Positions 1-9,405 of a stretch of 64,000 nucleotides of DNA are shown piece by piece; within the stretch, counting starts at the first letter, position 1; each line of letters starts with the position of its first letter. The notes below the pieces were generated by a model. That model ran no database searches and was not told the origin of the DNA. It saw only the letters and a program-made list of their open reading frames with translations. The translations under genes were made by a program, and so were the position numbers. The DNA is from a virus (Duplodnaviria; Caudoviricetes), in IMG/VR virus record IMGVR_UViG_3300033073_001572, positions 1 through 64,000 of that record. One strand, 5' to 3'.

Positions 1-1034
1 GGAACATTGAGATCCATCGCCATGTTTCGAAGTTCTTCGTAGACTAGTTTTAGTTCGTGACGAAGTGAATCAAATTTGCGCGACGACTTCATAATGTCTG
101 CGTAATCGATGACAATGACGCTTGGAACGAAAGACTTGAGTAGAAGTTTCTCAATGTGATTTCGAAGTGTCTGAACAGACGGAGTTCCCGTTGGATACTC
201 CTTAATGATTAGTCGTCCTAGCGAATTGTTCTTGTAAAACTCGATGACTTCTTCTTTTCTGTCGATGACGTCGCTGCTTGGGATTTCACAGAGATTAGAG
301 TCATAACGTAGACCAACGGCTGTTTCAGATAGCTCAAAGGTATAGTGAACGACATTTTTACCGGCACGCAATGCCTCCGCACCCATTTGGACCAGAAAGT
401 GTGATTTACCAACACCGGTTGGAGCGATGACTACACCGAGTTCTCCACGGCCTAAACCTCCGTTAAGCACGTCCTGTGCGTCAATTTGAGGCAAACCGGT
501 TGGGCATGTTAGGCGTCGGGTTCGAATAAATCGAGCTTCTGTGTCTTCAAAGAAGTCATGTCCAATTGCTGCAGGCGTTCCTGCAGCAAGCGCATTCTTC
601 ATGAGGTCAACAACAGAGTCAATGTTGTCAGTTGCAATCAGCTCGACAGCTTTTTCAAGTGCCTCACGCATTGCTTGCTTCTTACAGAAGTCAAGAGACT
701 TATCCTTAACAAACTGTAGATCGCCCATGTCAGGATTGACACGAATTCGCTGTAGGAATTCAACGATCTGGTCACGAAGAATTGTATCCTTACCTTCTTT
801 GAGATCATCTCGAATGATGGTCACAAGAAGATTAAGTGTTGGAAAATCCTTATACTTCTGGTGGTAACCAAAATATGACTTAGCAAGATACTGGAGATAC
901 TTCAGGTCGAAGTATTCTGGTGTCATGATCTCTGTCATCTGTGTTGCCCATGACCTATCTGTCAAGAGCCCTTGAAAAATCTTTTCTTGAAAAGACTTGC
1001 CATACTGGCTGAAGTGTGCTGTGCCTTGCGACAC
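1..1034 (-). CDS. dnaB: DnaB/T4 gp41-like replicative helicase (partial, runs off the window start)
   Basis: Not in the ORF track. My manual translation from GTG at 1034 reads ...GGLGRGELGVVIAPTGVGKSHFL (Walker A)...HYTFELSE...VIVIDYADIM (Walker B), which is the SF4 helicase pattern. Confidence 0.9.
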   Translation of the reverse strand, partial: MSQGTAHFSQYGKSFQEKIFQGLLTDRSWATQMTEIMTPEYFDLKYLQYLAKSYFGYHQKYKDFPTLNLLVTIIRDDLKEGKDTILRDQIVEFLQRIRVNPDMGDLQFVKDKSLDFCKKQAMREALEKAVELIATDNIDSVVDLMKNALAAGTPAAIGHDFFEDTEARFIRTRRLTCPTGLPQIDAQDVLNGGLGRGELGVVIAPTGVGKSHFLVQMGAEALRAGKNVVHYTFELSETAVGLRYDSNLCEIPSSDVIDRKEEVIEFYKNNSLGRLIIKEYPTGTPSVQTLRNHIEKLLLKSFVPSVIVIDYADIMKSSRKFDSLRHELKLVYEELRNMAMDLNV

Positions 1035-1035
1035 T

Positions 1036-1995
1036 TTATGCTCCGATGTGACTGAATGTGTAGAAAATCATGTCTACGTTAAAAGTTTGAATGCCTAGCT
1101 TTAGTAGCTGTCGTATAAATCCTATCTTGTCTCGATTCGTCTTACAACCTGCGCAAAGATCTTGTATCCTTTTTGCCTGCGTTCCTGATAGAATTGCTGT
1201 ATCAAGATGCACAAGCTGCCAGTTTCGCTTGATCAAGTCTTCATTACTTGAAATCTCGGCGTGTGCCTTAATCTTAGAATTCGAAGCAGCTTGTCGAGCC
1301 GACATTAAAAAATCGTCTAACATAACTGGGTTTTCGTCTATTAAATTCGAAAATCGTTTCGATAGGGTTTTAAACTTAACACCCGAAATTCCTGGGATGT
1401 TATCTGAGGTATCTCCGCACACTGATTTTGCCAAAGCGAAATTGTTTGGATGGATCCCAAAACGATCAATGACATCCTGAACTTGAATGATCTTTTTCGA
1501 TGTGGGCGAGTAGATCACTGTCTTGTCAGAGACGAGTTGATAGTAGTCTTTGTCGGACGATAAGATCACCTTCAGATCATTCGCATGCTCATATCTACTG
1601 ACATATGCAATCACGTCGTCTGCCTCAATGTCAGGCACGTAGATCTGGTTGACAGGAAGCATCTTTAAAAGTGCAACAATGTCTTTAATCTGACTATCAT
1701 GATCAGAGACTGTTGTTTTGATCTCATCTGCATAGATCCGATTAAGACGTTCAGGTCTCCGATGAGCCTTGTAAGCTGGAAAGATCGCTCTGCGGCGGGC
1801 AGAACCGCCGCCTTCCCAAACGACATAGACTTTGTGTGGCTTGAAACGCTGCACAATTGAGTTCATGTCGTAGAGGAAACCGACGATTCCACCCACGTGA
1901 TTGCCATTTGATCCCATAGCAGGATTTGCAGAAAAATGTCGAAGGAACAGATTTAACCCGTCAATTAAAAGCACAGCTCCTTCGCCAAGCATCAC
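1036..1995 (-). CDS. 5'-3' exonuclease / T4 RNase H-like FEN-family nuclease
   Basis: N-terminal LIDGLN, VWEGG, EADDVIA, SSDKDYYQL and helix-hairpin-helix GDTSDNIPGISGVKFKT motifs of the PolA 5'-3' exonuclease/FEN fold. Confidence 0.92.
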   Translation of the reverse strand: MMLGEGAVLLIDGLNLFLRHFSANPAMGSNGNHVGGIVGFLYDMNSIVQRFKPHKVYVVWEGGGSARRRAIFPAYKAHRRPERLNRIYADEIKTTVSDHDSQIKDIVALLKMLPVNQIYVPDIEADDVIAYVSRYEHANDLKVILSSDKDYYQLVSDKTVIYSPTSKKIIQVQDVIDRFGIHPNNFALAKSVCGDTSDNIPGISGVKFKTLSKRFSNLIDENPVMLDDFLMSARQAASNSKIKAHAEISSNEDLIKRNWQLVHLDTAILSGTQAKRIQDLCAGCKTNRDKIGFIRQLLKLGIQTFNVDMIFYTFSHIGA

Positions 1996-3143
1996 TCAGA
2001 CTCCTCTTCTTCTGAAACCTGATTTGCAGGATCATCCTTGGCTCTAACCATAACAGCCTCGATCAAGTCGTCAAGATATTCCTTGTAGTCAGGATTCCTG
2101 AGTAGTTCTCCGAATTCTGCCTTGTGGAATTTCTTCTCGATAATTACAGCACCCTTGTCGATGTCTGTGACAGAGAAAACCTTCCAAGCGCCATCACCAG
2201 AAACGCAGATGATCTTATTTCCAATTGTCCTCTCACCTGCGTCACGCAGGACGTCAAAGACTTCTTCGTGCTCAACGATGCCCTTACCAAAATGAATTTG
2301 GAAATGCGCTGTCCTAAAGGGCGGAGCAACCTTATTCTTGACAGTCTTCGCTGAGACGTTGATTCCGATAATGTCACCGTTCTTATTCTGGATCTGTTGG
2401 CCTGCTCCCAATTTAATTCGTGTCGATGCATGGAAAGGAATTGCCATGCCACCTGGGACAGTCATGGGATCACCGTGTAGAACACCAATCTTGGTGCGAA
2501 TCTGGTTAAGGCAGATCATCAAGACTGACTGATCACCGATGACACCTGTGATCTTGCGCATGCCCTTGGAGATAGCGCGCGCTTGAAGACCGATTGTCTC
2601 CTTGTCATAGTCGCCTAACAGCTCTGCCTTTGGTGATGATGCTGCAACAGAATCCCAGATGATCGTGATCGGGACATTTTTCTGCATTGCTTTTGCCTTG
2701 ACAATAGTCTTCTCTGCGACATCAAAGACTTCCTCAGTGCAGTGTGTGTCAACATAGACAAATCGCTTAGTGACATCAACGCCCAATGCCTGCAAGTTCT
2801 CTACAGAAGTTGCATTCTCAGTGTCAATGTAGACTACGATACCGCCCATTTGCTGGGTTGAGCGTGCGATCTGGGTTGCAATATGACTCTTACCGATTGA
2901 TGGTGGGCCAAAGATCTCCACAATTCGACCTTCAGGTAGGCCTCCATTGCGACGATTTGCTACAATGTAATCTAGAAGCGTTGATCCTGTAGAGATCCAT
3001 CGCTTGACATGTGTAGGTGATTCATCTTCAGCAAGATTGTATGCGATTCTAGATCCATTCTCCTTATTTAGAGAAGAGATTAGCTCAGCGGTAAAATCTC
3101 CAGTAGATTCATCAGCTCTTTTTTCTTTTGCTACTCTTGCCAT
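1992..3143 (-). CDS. recA: RecA recombinase
   Basis: ISTGSTLLD, GLPEGRIVEIFGPPSIGKS (Walker A), YIDTENA, IIWDSVAA, LQARAISKGMRK, NQIRTKIG, PGGMAIPFHASTRI and KNKVAPPF; acidic C-tail. Confidence 0.97.
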   Translation of the reverse strand: MARVAKEKRADESTGDFTAELISSLNKENGSRIAYNLAEDESPTHVKRWISTGSTLLDYIVANRRNGGLPEGRIVEIFGPPSIGKSHIATQIARSTQQMGGIVVYIDTENATSVENLQALGVDVTKRFVYVDTHCTEEVFDVAEKTIVKAKAMQKNVPITIIWDSVAASSPKAELLGDYDKETIGLQARAISKGMRKITGVIGDQSVLMICLNQIRTKIGVLHGDPMTVPGGMAIPFHASTRIKLGAGQQIQNKNGDIIGINVSAKTVKNKVAPPFRTAHFQIHFGKGIVEHEEVFDVLRDAGERTIGNKIICVSGDGAWKVFSVTDIDKGAVIIEKKFHKAEFGELLRNPDYKEYLDDLIEAVMVRAKDDPANQVSEEEESE

Positions 3144-3170
3144 TTTTTCTCCTTTGATAGAAACAATACA

Positions 3171-3198
3171 GGGGCAGGTGACAAATTACACCTGCCCC
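3171..3198 (-). terminator. Rho-independent terminator after the SSB gene
   Basis: Perfect 10-bp stem GGGGCAGGTG/CACCTGCCCC with an 8-nt loop, followed on the minus strand by T-rich TGTATTGTTT. Confidence 0.75.
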
Positions 3199-3207
3199 CG
3201 AAATTTA

Positions 3208-4023
3208 CTAGTCGTCCATCAAGTCAGAGAAAGCATCGTCAATAGACTTATAAGACTTATTAGTCGTTGCCTTGGTTGCAGTCTTTGTTGGAGGAGCATC
3301 ATCCTCATCATCGGTTGTATTGGTCATCTGCGCAGTGCCACCGCGAGTTGTTCCGTCCCCGTCCTGCATGCCACCATTGATCCAGTCGTTGACAATCTTG
3401 CTAAGCTCATCAGGGGTCTTGAGCTCGTAGAGTTTGGAGACGTCTGGGATGTTGCTGAGCCAGGTCTTTGCAGTTGCCTGGTTGGTGTTAAGAGGAGATG
3501 CCTTACCACGAGGCATAACCTCAGTCTCGGTGTACTTCTTGCCATTGGGCTTGAAGCAACGGACTTTTACATCGCGGCCGCTCTCAGGATCAGTGATGTC
3601 ACCGTAGTCCTCATCAACCATGATTGCTAGAAGCGACTGGTAGACCTGCTTACCGAATGCCCAAAGCTGGACTCCCTTGTCCTCTTCGCCGCGGACGATG
3701 ACAGGAGCGTAGCAACGCATCTTCGGGTAGAGCTTCTTAGCGAGCTCATAGGACTCCTTGGTCCCCTCGTCACGAAGCTTATTGATTAGATCCTGGATTG
3801 GATCTGCCTTGCCGTACTGGTATGGTGCCAGGAGGCCTGGGTTGTTACCGATATTGTAGTAGAACCAGAGCTCCTTGAAAGGCTGGCCGTCATTATTGGG
3901 GAAGCTGAGGAGACGCACAGTGTACTCCTCGCCCTCCTTGGGTTTCCAAGAGGCTGAGCTCTTCTTATTGTTGCCGGAGAGATTGTCGAGCTTCTTGCGA
4001 ATTGCATCAAAGTTGATTGCCAT
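3208..4023 (-). CDS. gp32: T4 gp32-like single-stranded DNA-binding protein
   Basis: WKPKEGEEYTVRLL, ELWFYY, LYPKMRCYAPVIVRGEEDKGVQLWAFGKQVY, YGDITDPESGRD; acidic C-tail DDAFSDLMDD; located among replication genes. Confidence 0.85.
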   Translation of the reverse strand: MAINFDAIRKKLDNLSGNNKKSSASWKPKEGEEYTVRLLSFPNNDGQPFKELWFYYNIGNNPGLLAPYQYGKADPIQDLINKLRDEGTKESYELAKKLYPKMRCYAPVIVRGEEDKGVQLWAFGKQVYQSLLAIMVDEDYGDITDPESGRDVKVRCFKPNGKKYTETEVMPRGKASPLNTNQATAKTWLSNIPDVSKLYELKTPDELSKIVNDWINGGMQDGDGTTRGGTAQMTNTTDDEDDAPPTKTATKATTNKSYKSIDDAFSDLMDD

Positions 4024-4130
4024 GTTGATTTTTCCTAGTAGTAGTTAATGGTTAATGTGTAACTTACAATTTCCAATTAGTAATCTACGTTGTGTAGCTT
4101 ATTTAGTTGGTGAGGTAAGCTCACTGGGTT

Positions 4131-4159
4131 ATAATAAACCCAAGCGAGGGGGTGTTCAA
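4131..4159 (-). promoter_or_regulatory. sigma70-type promoter for the SSB gene
   Basis: Minus strand reads TTGAAC (4159-4154), a 17-nt spacer, then TATTAT (4136-4131), about 108 nt upstream of the ATG. Confidence 0.6.
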
Positions 4160-4746
4160 GGTTTAGGCTTAATTTTAAGCGGATCCTTGACATAGGCGCC
4201 GCCGTAAGGCTTTGCCAATTTCTTATAAAAATCTTTCTTTCTTTCTGGGCCTGCTCCAAGCGGGAGTGTGTAACCCGCGATTGCACCTGCTCCGCTAAAT
4301 TCGTCCAGTTCGTCTTCATCGGTAGATACGTCATAACCCAAAAGGTCATCGACAAATTCACGTAGAAGCGTTTCGTATTGGACTAACGCAGTTGCAACAG
4401 CCTTTGCGCCATAAGGTTCAAAATCTATTAAATTGGGCCTTCCAAGATTTTTTAATTTCACATTCTTGGAAAGCCTTCTAGGGCCTGCAATCTTATCTGA
4501 TGCGATTGAGTCAAAATTAAATGTCTCACCTGCGTCTTCTCTATCATCTACTTGATGACGTCCAAGCTTGTATGAGAATGTTGAATCTGCTGAGCCCTCA
4601 AAACCTCCCATGCTCCTAAACGGTTTAGGGACATAGGGTGTACCAATTCTCTGCTGAAAGTCATCACCGCCCCCAATTGCACCGGCGACGGGAATGCCAA
4701 TTCCTCTTGATGAGTATTGTTGAGATCTACCTTCAGCTCTTGACAT
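4156..4746 (-). CDS. Hypothetical protein, possibly a virion/head-associated protein
   Basis: 196-aa ORF preceded by an ATATTTA motif; contains LLREFVDDLL and LDEFSGAGAIAG. No recognisable catalytic motif. Confidence 0.6.
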   Translation of the reverse strand: MSRAEGRSQQYSSRGIGIPVAGAIGGGDDFQQRIGTPYVPKPFRSMGGFEGSADSTFSYKLGRHQVDDREDAGETFNFDSIASDKIAGPRRLSKNVKLKNLGRPNLIDFEPYGAKAVATALVQYETLLREFVDDLLGYDVSTDEDELDEFSGAGAIAGYTLPLGAGPERKKDFYKKLAKPYGGAYVKDPLKIKPKP

Positions 4747-4752
4747 GATATA

Positions 4753-5328
4753 CTAAATATCTTCTTCCTTCATAACTGCCATTCTAGATGCCGTCTGGAG
4801 GATCACTGCAAGATTATTTTCACACCCGGCATAGAATCGATTTTCTTCCGAAGCCGTTCCCTGCTGTGTGAGAATTGCAATCCATTCATCCATTGTCAAC
4901 GAAACTCCATTTGACTGGAGAAGATAAAGAGTCCGATGCGCGTGTGTCATCTTCGGGAGTTCTGGATTGTACGTATAGACTTGACCTCGCTCTCTGTGCC
5001 ATGAAGAATCCTGTGCGATGTAATAATCTTTTTCGTCATCTCCAATTTTGCCAACTTCATGAAGGAGACATACGACTGCGAGACTCTCGACATTGACATT
5101 GACGCCTGATGCCTCGACGAGTTTTCTGGCAATCTTGAACGTGTTGAGTGCGTGTTCGACGAGACCACCCGGAGACGAAGTTGTGCGCTTGACAAGATTG
5201 TGAGATGGGCACACGGCAATCCTCTCACCGTGCCGTGAGATAAACTCGCCGAGCGCGTGTGCTCTATTGCCAGTCTTTGAAAGAATCTTTTGAAATGTCT
5301 CAAAATTGCTAATAATCTTTTCTTCCAT
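4753..5328 (-). CDS. HD-domain (YhaM-like) protein with degenerate metal ligands
   Basis: PGGLVEHALN...LLHEVGKIG...MTHAHRTLYLL...EWIAIL follows the HD-domain layout, but HD is changed to HE and the downstream His and Asp ligands are missing. Confidence 0.75.
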   Translation of the reverse strand: MEEKIISNFETFQKILSKTGNRAHALGEFISRHGERIAVCPSHNLVKRTTSSPGGLVEHALNTFKIARKLVEASGVNVNVESLAVVCLLHEVGKIGDDEKDYYIAQDSSWHRERGQVYTYNPELPKMTHAHRTLYLLQSNGVSLTMDEWIAILTQQGTASEENRFYAGCENNLAVILQTASRMAVMKEEDI

Positions 5329-6469
5329 TGAACACCTTAGTTGTTGTGTAGAATTGTGAGTCTAATGACCTGATGTAGATTCCGTCTTTTGTCTTCTGCT
5401 TAAGCAATTCAATATTATCGTTGTGGACATCAATTACAAGTTCATCATGTAGGACAAAAAGTGGAGTCACAAGACCGGGATTATCGTCAAGAAAAGAGAG
5501 AAAACCCTCACATGCAACGTCAACTGCGGTCGACTGTGTGTAGTGATTAACAAGAACAGACTCATTATCGGTCTTGAGAGGTCGTCCATAGTGATTTCTA
5601 AATGTGCCATCGGTCATCTCTTGCTTAATTTGTGAAAGAATCTCTTTGACACCTAACGTACGCTGTAACTTTTCATATGCAATGTCTGCGTCATCATGTG
5701 AAATAAATTTTAAGATGAAATTCTTTCTTGACATCCCGTAAAGAACAGCAAGAACCATAGTCTTGATAATTTCCCTGTCAATCTTGATCTCGGCCTTTCT
5801 CATGACTGTGTCATAGATGTCTGGATCTAGCGATTTCTCTCCCATTAATGTCATAATGACACGCGGTTCAAGAGACTTGAAGTCAATGCTCATGATTGAT
5901 CCATCATTTCCGTGTATAGACTTGAAGAAACGACGATTTTCCCTGGCCATGGTCAGCAACTTGGGGCCTGATTTGATTGACATTCTCCCGGTTGAGGAGC
6001 TAAAATTATCATATTCAGGCCTTAAACAGGCACCTGAACTATCACATGCAAACATAGAAATGTCAACATCAGATTCACGTGCTGCGTTAATGTCAATTGA
6101 TGTCGCGCAAAGCATATCAAGAAGTCGATTTTGATCCTGATATTTGACAAGATAATACTCGTCAGTGTCGAGTATGTCTTTGCATTCTTTGACAAGCTTT
6201 CTGGTGTGACTTGTGACGTCAGCTTTAGACAGTATCTTGTCTATTCTTGGTGTAGACATCCACTGTGTCCACCACACAACTCTTGGGTCATCTGGTAAAA
6301 TCGTCAGCGGCCGATGTGATGCCCATGCAATTCTTGCAATTGATTTGTAGGCTGCGGTGCCAAGATGCCACGCATCATTTGGACAAGGATCATCTGTGAC
6401 GCTTACAGAATCGTCAAGCAGAATATTCCTTGCGAGACCTGTAGATTCCTTATTAAGGTAAATAGACAC
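5309..6469 (-). CDS. Compact family A DNA polymerase (polymerase domain only)
   Basis: TGRMS, motif A SIDFKSLEPRV, motif B REIIKTMVLAVLYG, NHYTQSTAVD and motif C VLHDELV. Only 386 aa with a GTG start. Confidence 0.85.
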   Translation of the reverse strand: MSIYLNKESTGLARNILLDDSVSVTDDPCPNDAWHLGTAAYKSIARIAWASHRPLTILPDDPRVVWWTQWMSTPRIDKILSKADVTSHTRKLVKECKDILDTDEYYLVKYQDQNRLLDMLCATSIDINAARESDVDISMFACDSSGACLRPEYDNFSSSTGRMSIKSGPKLLTMARENRRFFKSIHGNDGSIMSIDFKSLEPRVIMTLMGEKSLDPDIYDTVMRKAEIKIDREIIKTMVLAVLYGMSRKNFILKFISHDDADIAYEKLQRTLGVKEILSQIKQEMTDGTFRNHYGRPLKTDNESVLVNHYTQSTAVDVACEGFLSFLDDNPGLVTPLFVLHDELVIDVHNDNIELLKQKTKDGIYIRSLDSQFYTTTKVFNGRKDY

Positions 6470-6506
6470 ATGGCAATCTTATAAATGCAGTTAGGATTTT
6501 ACATTA

Positions 6507-9404
6507 CTAAGAAAGCGTTACAGATGATTCCATATTATCTCCGGCTAAGGCATGATCTGCCGGATTAACCTTGATTGTCTCGTAATATTTCTCGATCTGC
6601 GCAAGCTCAGTCTGCATACTAGATGTGACCGACCTGATTGTGCCCTGCATTGTAAGAGCGAACGTTATTGTTGAGGTAAATTGCCCGCCTTTGATGTTGT
6701 GCTTGACACCCATGACAGTGTAAACATTATCAATTGTTGTCCCAGTTCCAAAATCAATGTAGTAATTCTGGCCTCTATTGATAAGCGGCATTCCGATCAT
6801 TGTGATGCTTAAAGACGTCGGAACCACAAAGATGTCTGCATCAATTCCTGCTGACGTGTCTGCTCTCGATGCACCGCCAGAATTCTTCAATCCTTTTATA
6901 AGATTGATGTCTGTCAGCATCTTATTTCCTCCCGCGGAGTATGTAGCACTGATGACTGTTGATCCTTCGGTTCCTATCTTGATTGTTGGATAAGCGGTCT
7001 GGAGCACGGACTTTGCCTTGAGTCTGTCCATTTGAACTGTGAACGTTGTTTTTCCCTTGCTATCTGACGCTCTTTTAACGTCAATCACGTCTTTTGAATC
7101 GCTTGCCTGATTGAATAGACGCAGTGTTGCTGATGGTGTTTGCACGGCAGCAAGTGCGAGATTTGCGCTCCTTTTCCCAGTATTGGCTTCATCATATATG
7201 AATGTCAACAAAATGTTTTTCTGCTTGTCTCCGTCAGGAATTGTAACAACTTCAGGATGAATCCGAAGGCGAGGTGGAACAAATTTTGGTTCATAAGAGA
7301 CATTATGCAAACCTTTCTTAATTGCATAGACTTCTGCGAGATTTCTTTCAAATTCTGCCATAATCTCTTCAGATTCAGAATCTGTGATCGCACTGCCTCC
7401 TACTCCGTCATCTATACGGGCTTCGTCTTCTCTTGACTTCTTTTGGTTATACGCAGCCTTGACACCATACTGCGCAGCCATTGGATTCCCGGCAATTCTC
7501 AAGAGGCCTGTTAATGCCGCTTGTGTTGTCATCTTGGGCTTGACAACATCTTTAATTACCTCATCTGCACGTAAGACGTACGACGCGATATTAAGACTCC
7601 CGTATAATCCTGCGTGATCATTGAAGTCAAAGAAAACGACACGAACCTCATCAAATAGTCCAGAAACAATTAAGGGTTGTGTGTAAAGAAAGTATATCGC
7701 ATCACCAAGCGTCAATAAGTTAATCGAACCTGGCTGTGCAGCACCTGCATCTGTAATTACAATTTCTTTAATATTATCAAGAAGTTTTCCGATTGCATTT
7801 GCATTATTTCCTAATAACACTTCACCCCATGTCTTTGTAATGTGAGGTGAAGTCTCAAATTTTTGTCCTTGCAACTCAGAAGTCTTACCACGCTGCAGCG
7901 CTTCAGCAAGTGATTTTGCTTCTGCGCCTTGCAAGATGCCACTGATAACATCTTGATACTTTTTAATGAGCGCTTTAACATCAATTTCATTGGGTGTCTT
8001 ACCGTCAAGAAGACTGCTTATCGCTTGATAGTCCTCATATTTGACAAACTTGTCTCCTGACTCCCAATTCGATAGTGAGACAGGTGTCTCATAACCGATT
8101 ACATGTTGCGTAGGCGATGTTGTCCCATCCGGAAGTTTTGTTCCCGGCATTGTCATGACCCTAAAGACTGATTGCATCTTTGCACGAACCATCTCATAGG
8201 GAACATACAAACCCGTGTATATCGACACGGCCTTTGCTGCAGTATCACCTAGACTTACAAGCTGTAACTTGATCTGGATTTCATTTGAATTCTTATTTGA
8301 CATCGACGAATTAACGACTTGATAAAGCTGCTTTCCTCTCGATGCATTGATAAATTTTGCGTATGGGTTTGTTGAAAACTTTGATTGATCTGGATGTATC
8401 CAACCCCATTCAATTTCGGCTTTTACTGTTGGAAATATTGTGGGCGAAACGAGAGGCGATAATTCGGGTAACCTTGACTTGTCGTGGAGAGTAATGTCTA
8501 GATCAACCTTGGTTTGTGTCACCATAAGATACTGACTCGTCCCGATGACGTCTAGGGAGATGTTCTCTATAGAAGCAAGGGGTTGTAGTGGGTCAAGAAC
8601 CTTGTTGCCTCTGTTCGCTTTATATGCTGCAATCGTGTCAATGCCTGCGGTTGACACGGTCTGGGGTGTTTGAAACAACTCCATCCCAGAGACAGTGCTA
8701 TCTGGCATTCCACCGGGTGATACGACGGGATTGATGATGCGTGAATACGGAATGTCTCTAATGCTGTTACCTTTTGAGCCTTCTGCTGGGGCACGCTTCG
8801 CTCCTAAAAATGAGTCCAATGTCATAAATGGCATTGAAGTGCGGCTGTCATTAGGCGTCTCTTGGATAAATCTAATGTTGAAGTAAGGAACGCATTTTGA
8901 CAACTCAATCGTGGGGACCAAATTTGAGAATATTGCAACATACTCAGATGACCTATCACTGAAGTTTAGTGCTCTTCCCGAGTTATTCACAAGCATGTGG
9001 AAGTCATTAATATTTTGAATATTTAAAAGATTTAGAAGATTAGATCCAGAAACAATGTCAGCAACAGTGACAACGCTGATTGTGTTGTCCTCCGTCCTGT
9101 TTGCTGTATCTTGGGGCACATCTTTGTGATCTTTTGCCCGATCTTTGACTTGATCTGCCGGTAGGGGTTCTTGACCAAGTGCGATCTCTTTTAACGTAGA
9201 CTCATTCATCTGCAAGCCTGAAAGGGCAAGGCTCACTGCACTAACGTCACCTGGTGTTGTCCCAGCTAGGCTCTTCAATACATCGTCGATTTCACCTCCC
9301 TGGGACCTGAATGAGATGAATCTTTTTAGATCTTCAGTTGCATCTGCAAGTTCTGATTTGGTTGCTCCGATTCTTGTTGATGCAGCTTTCGGTAGATTTG
9401 CCAT
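6507..9404 (-). CDS. Large baseplate hub-like protein (phage late control D/gp27-like C-terminus)
   Basis: C-terminal SLSITMIGMPLINRGQNYYIDFG...NVYTVMGVKHNIKGGQFTSTITF resembles hub proteins; position follows the LysM-like and tube-initiator genes. Confidence 0.55.
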   Translation of the reverse strand: MANLPKAASTRIGATKSELADATEDLKRFISFRSQGGEIDDVLKSLAGTTPGDVSAVSLALSGLQMNESTLKEIALGQEPLPADQVKDRAKDHKDVPQDTANRTEDNTISVVTVADIVSGSNLLNLLNIQNINDFHMLVNNSGRALNFSDRSSEYVAIFSNLVPTIELSKCVPYFNIRFIQETPNDSRTSMPFMTLDSFLGAKRAPAEGSKGNSIRDIPYSRIINPVVSPGGMPDSTVSGMELFQTPQTVSTAGIDTIAAYKANRGNKVLDPLQPLASIENISLDVIGTSQYLMVTQTKVDLDITLHDKSRLPELSPLVSPTIFPTVKAEIEWGWIHPDQSKFSTNPYAKFINASRGKQLYQVVNSSMSNKNSNEIQIKLQLVSLGDTAAKAVSIYTGLYVPYEMVRAKMQSVFRVMTMPGTKLPDGTTSPTQHVIGYETPVSLSNWESGDKFVKYEDYQAISSLLDGKTPNEIDVKALIKKYQDVISGILQGAEAKSLAEALQRGKTSELQGQKFETSPHITKTWGEVLLGNNANAIGKLLDNIKEIVITDAGAAQPGSINLLTLGDAIYFLYTQPLIVSGLFDEVRVVFFDFNDHAGLYGSLNIASYVLRADEVIKDVVKPKMTTQAALTGLLRIAGNPMAAQYGVKAAYNQKKSREDEARIDDGVGGSAITDSESEEIMAEFERNLAEVYAIKKGLHNVSYEPKFVPPRLRIHPEVVTIPDGDKQKNILLTFIYDEANTGKRSANLALAAVQTPSATLRLFNQASDSKDVIDVKRASDSKGKTTFTVQMDRLKAKSVLQTAYPTIKIGTEGSTVISATYSAGGNKMLTDINLIKGLKNSGGASRADTSAGIDADIFVVPTSLSITMIGMPLINRGQNYYIDFGTGTTIDNVYTVMGVKHNIKGGQFTSTITFALTMQGTIRSVTSSMQTELAQIEKYYETIKVNPADHALAGDNMESSVTLS

Positions 9405-9405
9405 C

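Noticed and set aside
4081-4100. TAATCTACGTTGTGTAGCTT resembles a Cas12a direct-repeat hairpin
   Set aside because: It is a single imperfect copy with no spacers or second repeat and no cas gene in the window. It is better explained as part of the SSB leader.
4077-4361. 94-aa minus-strand ORF
   Set aside because: It overlaps the 196-aa gene out of frame and covers the SSB promoter and leader, with no RBS or motif.
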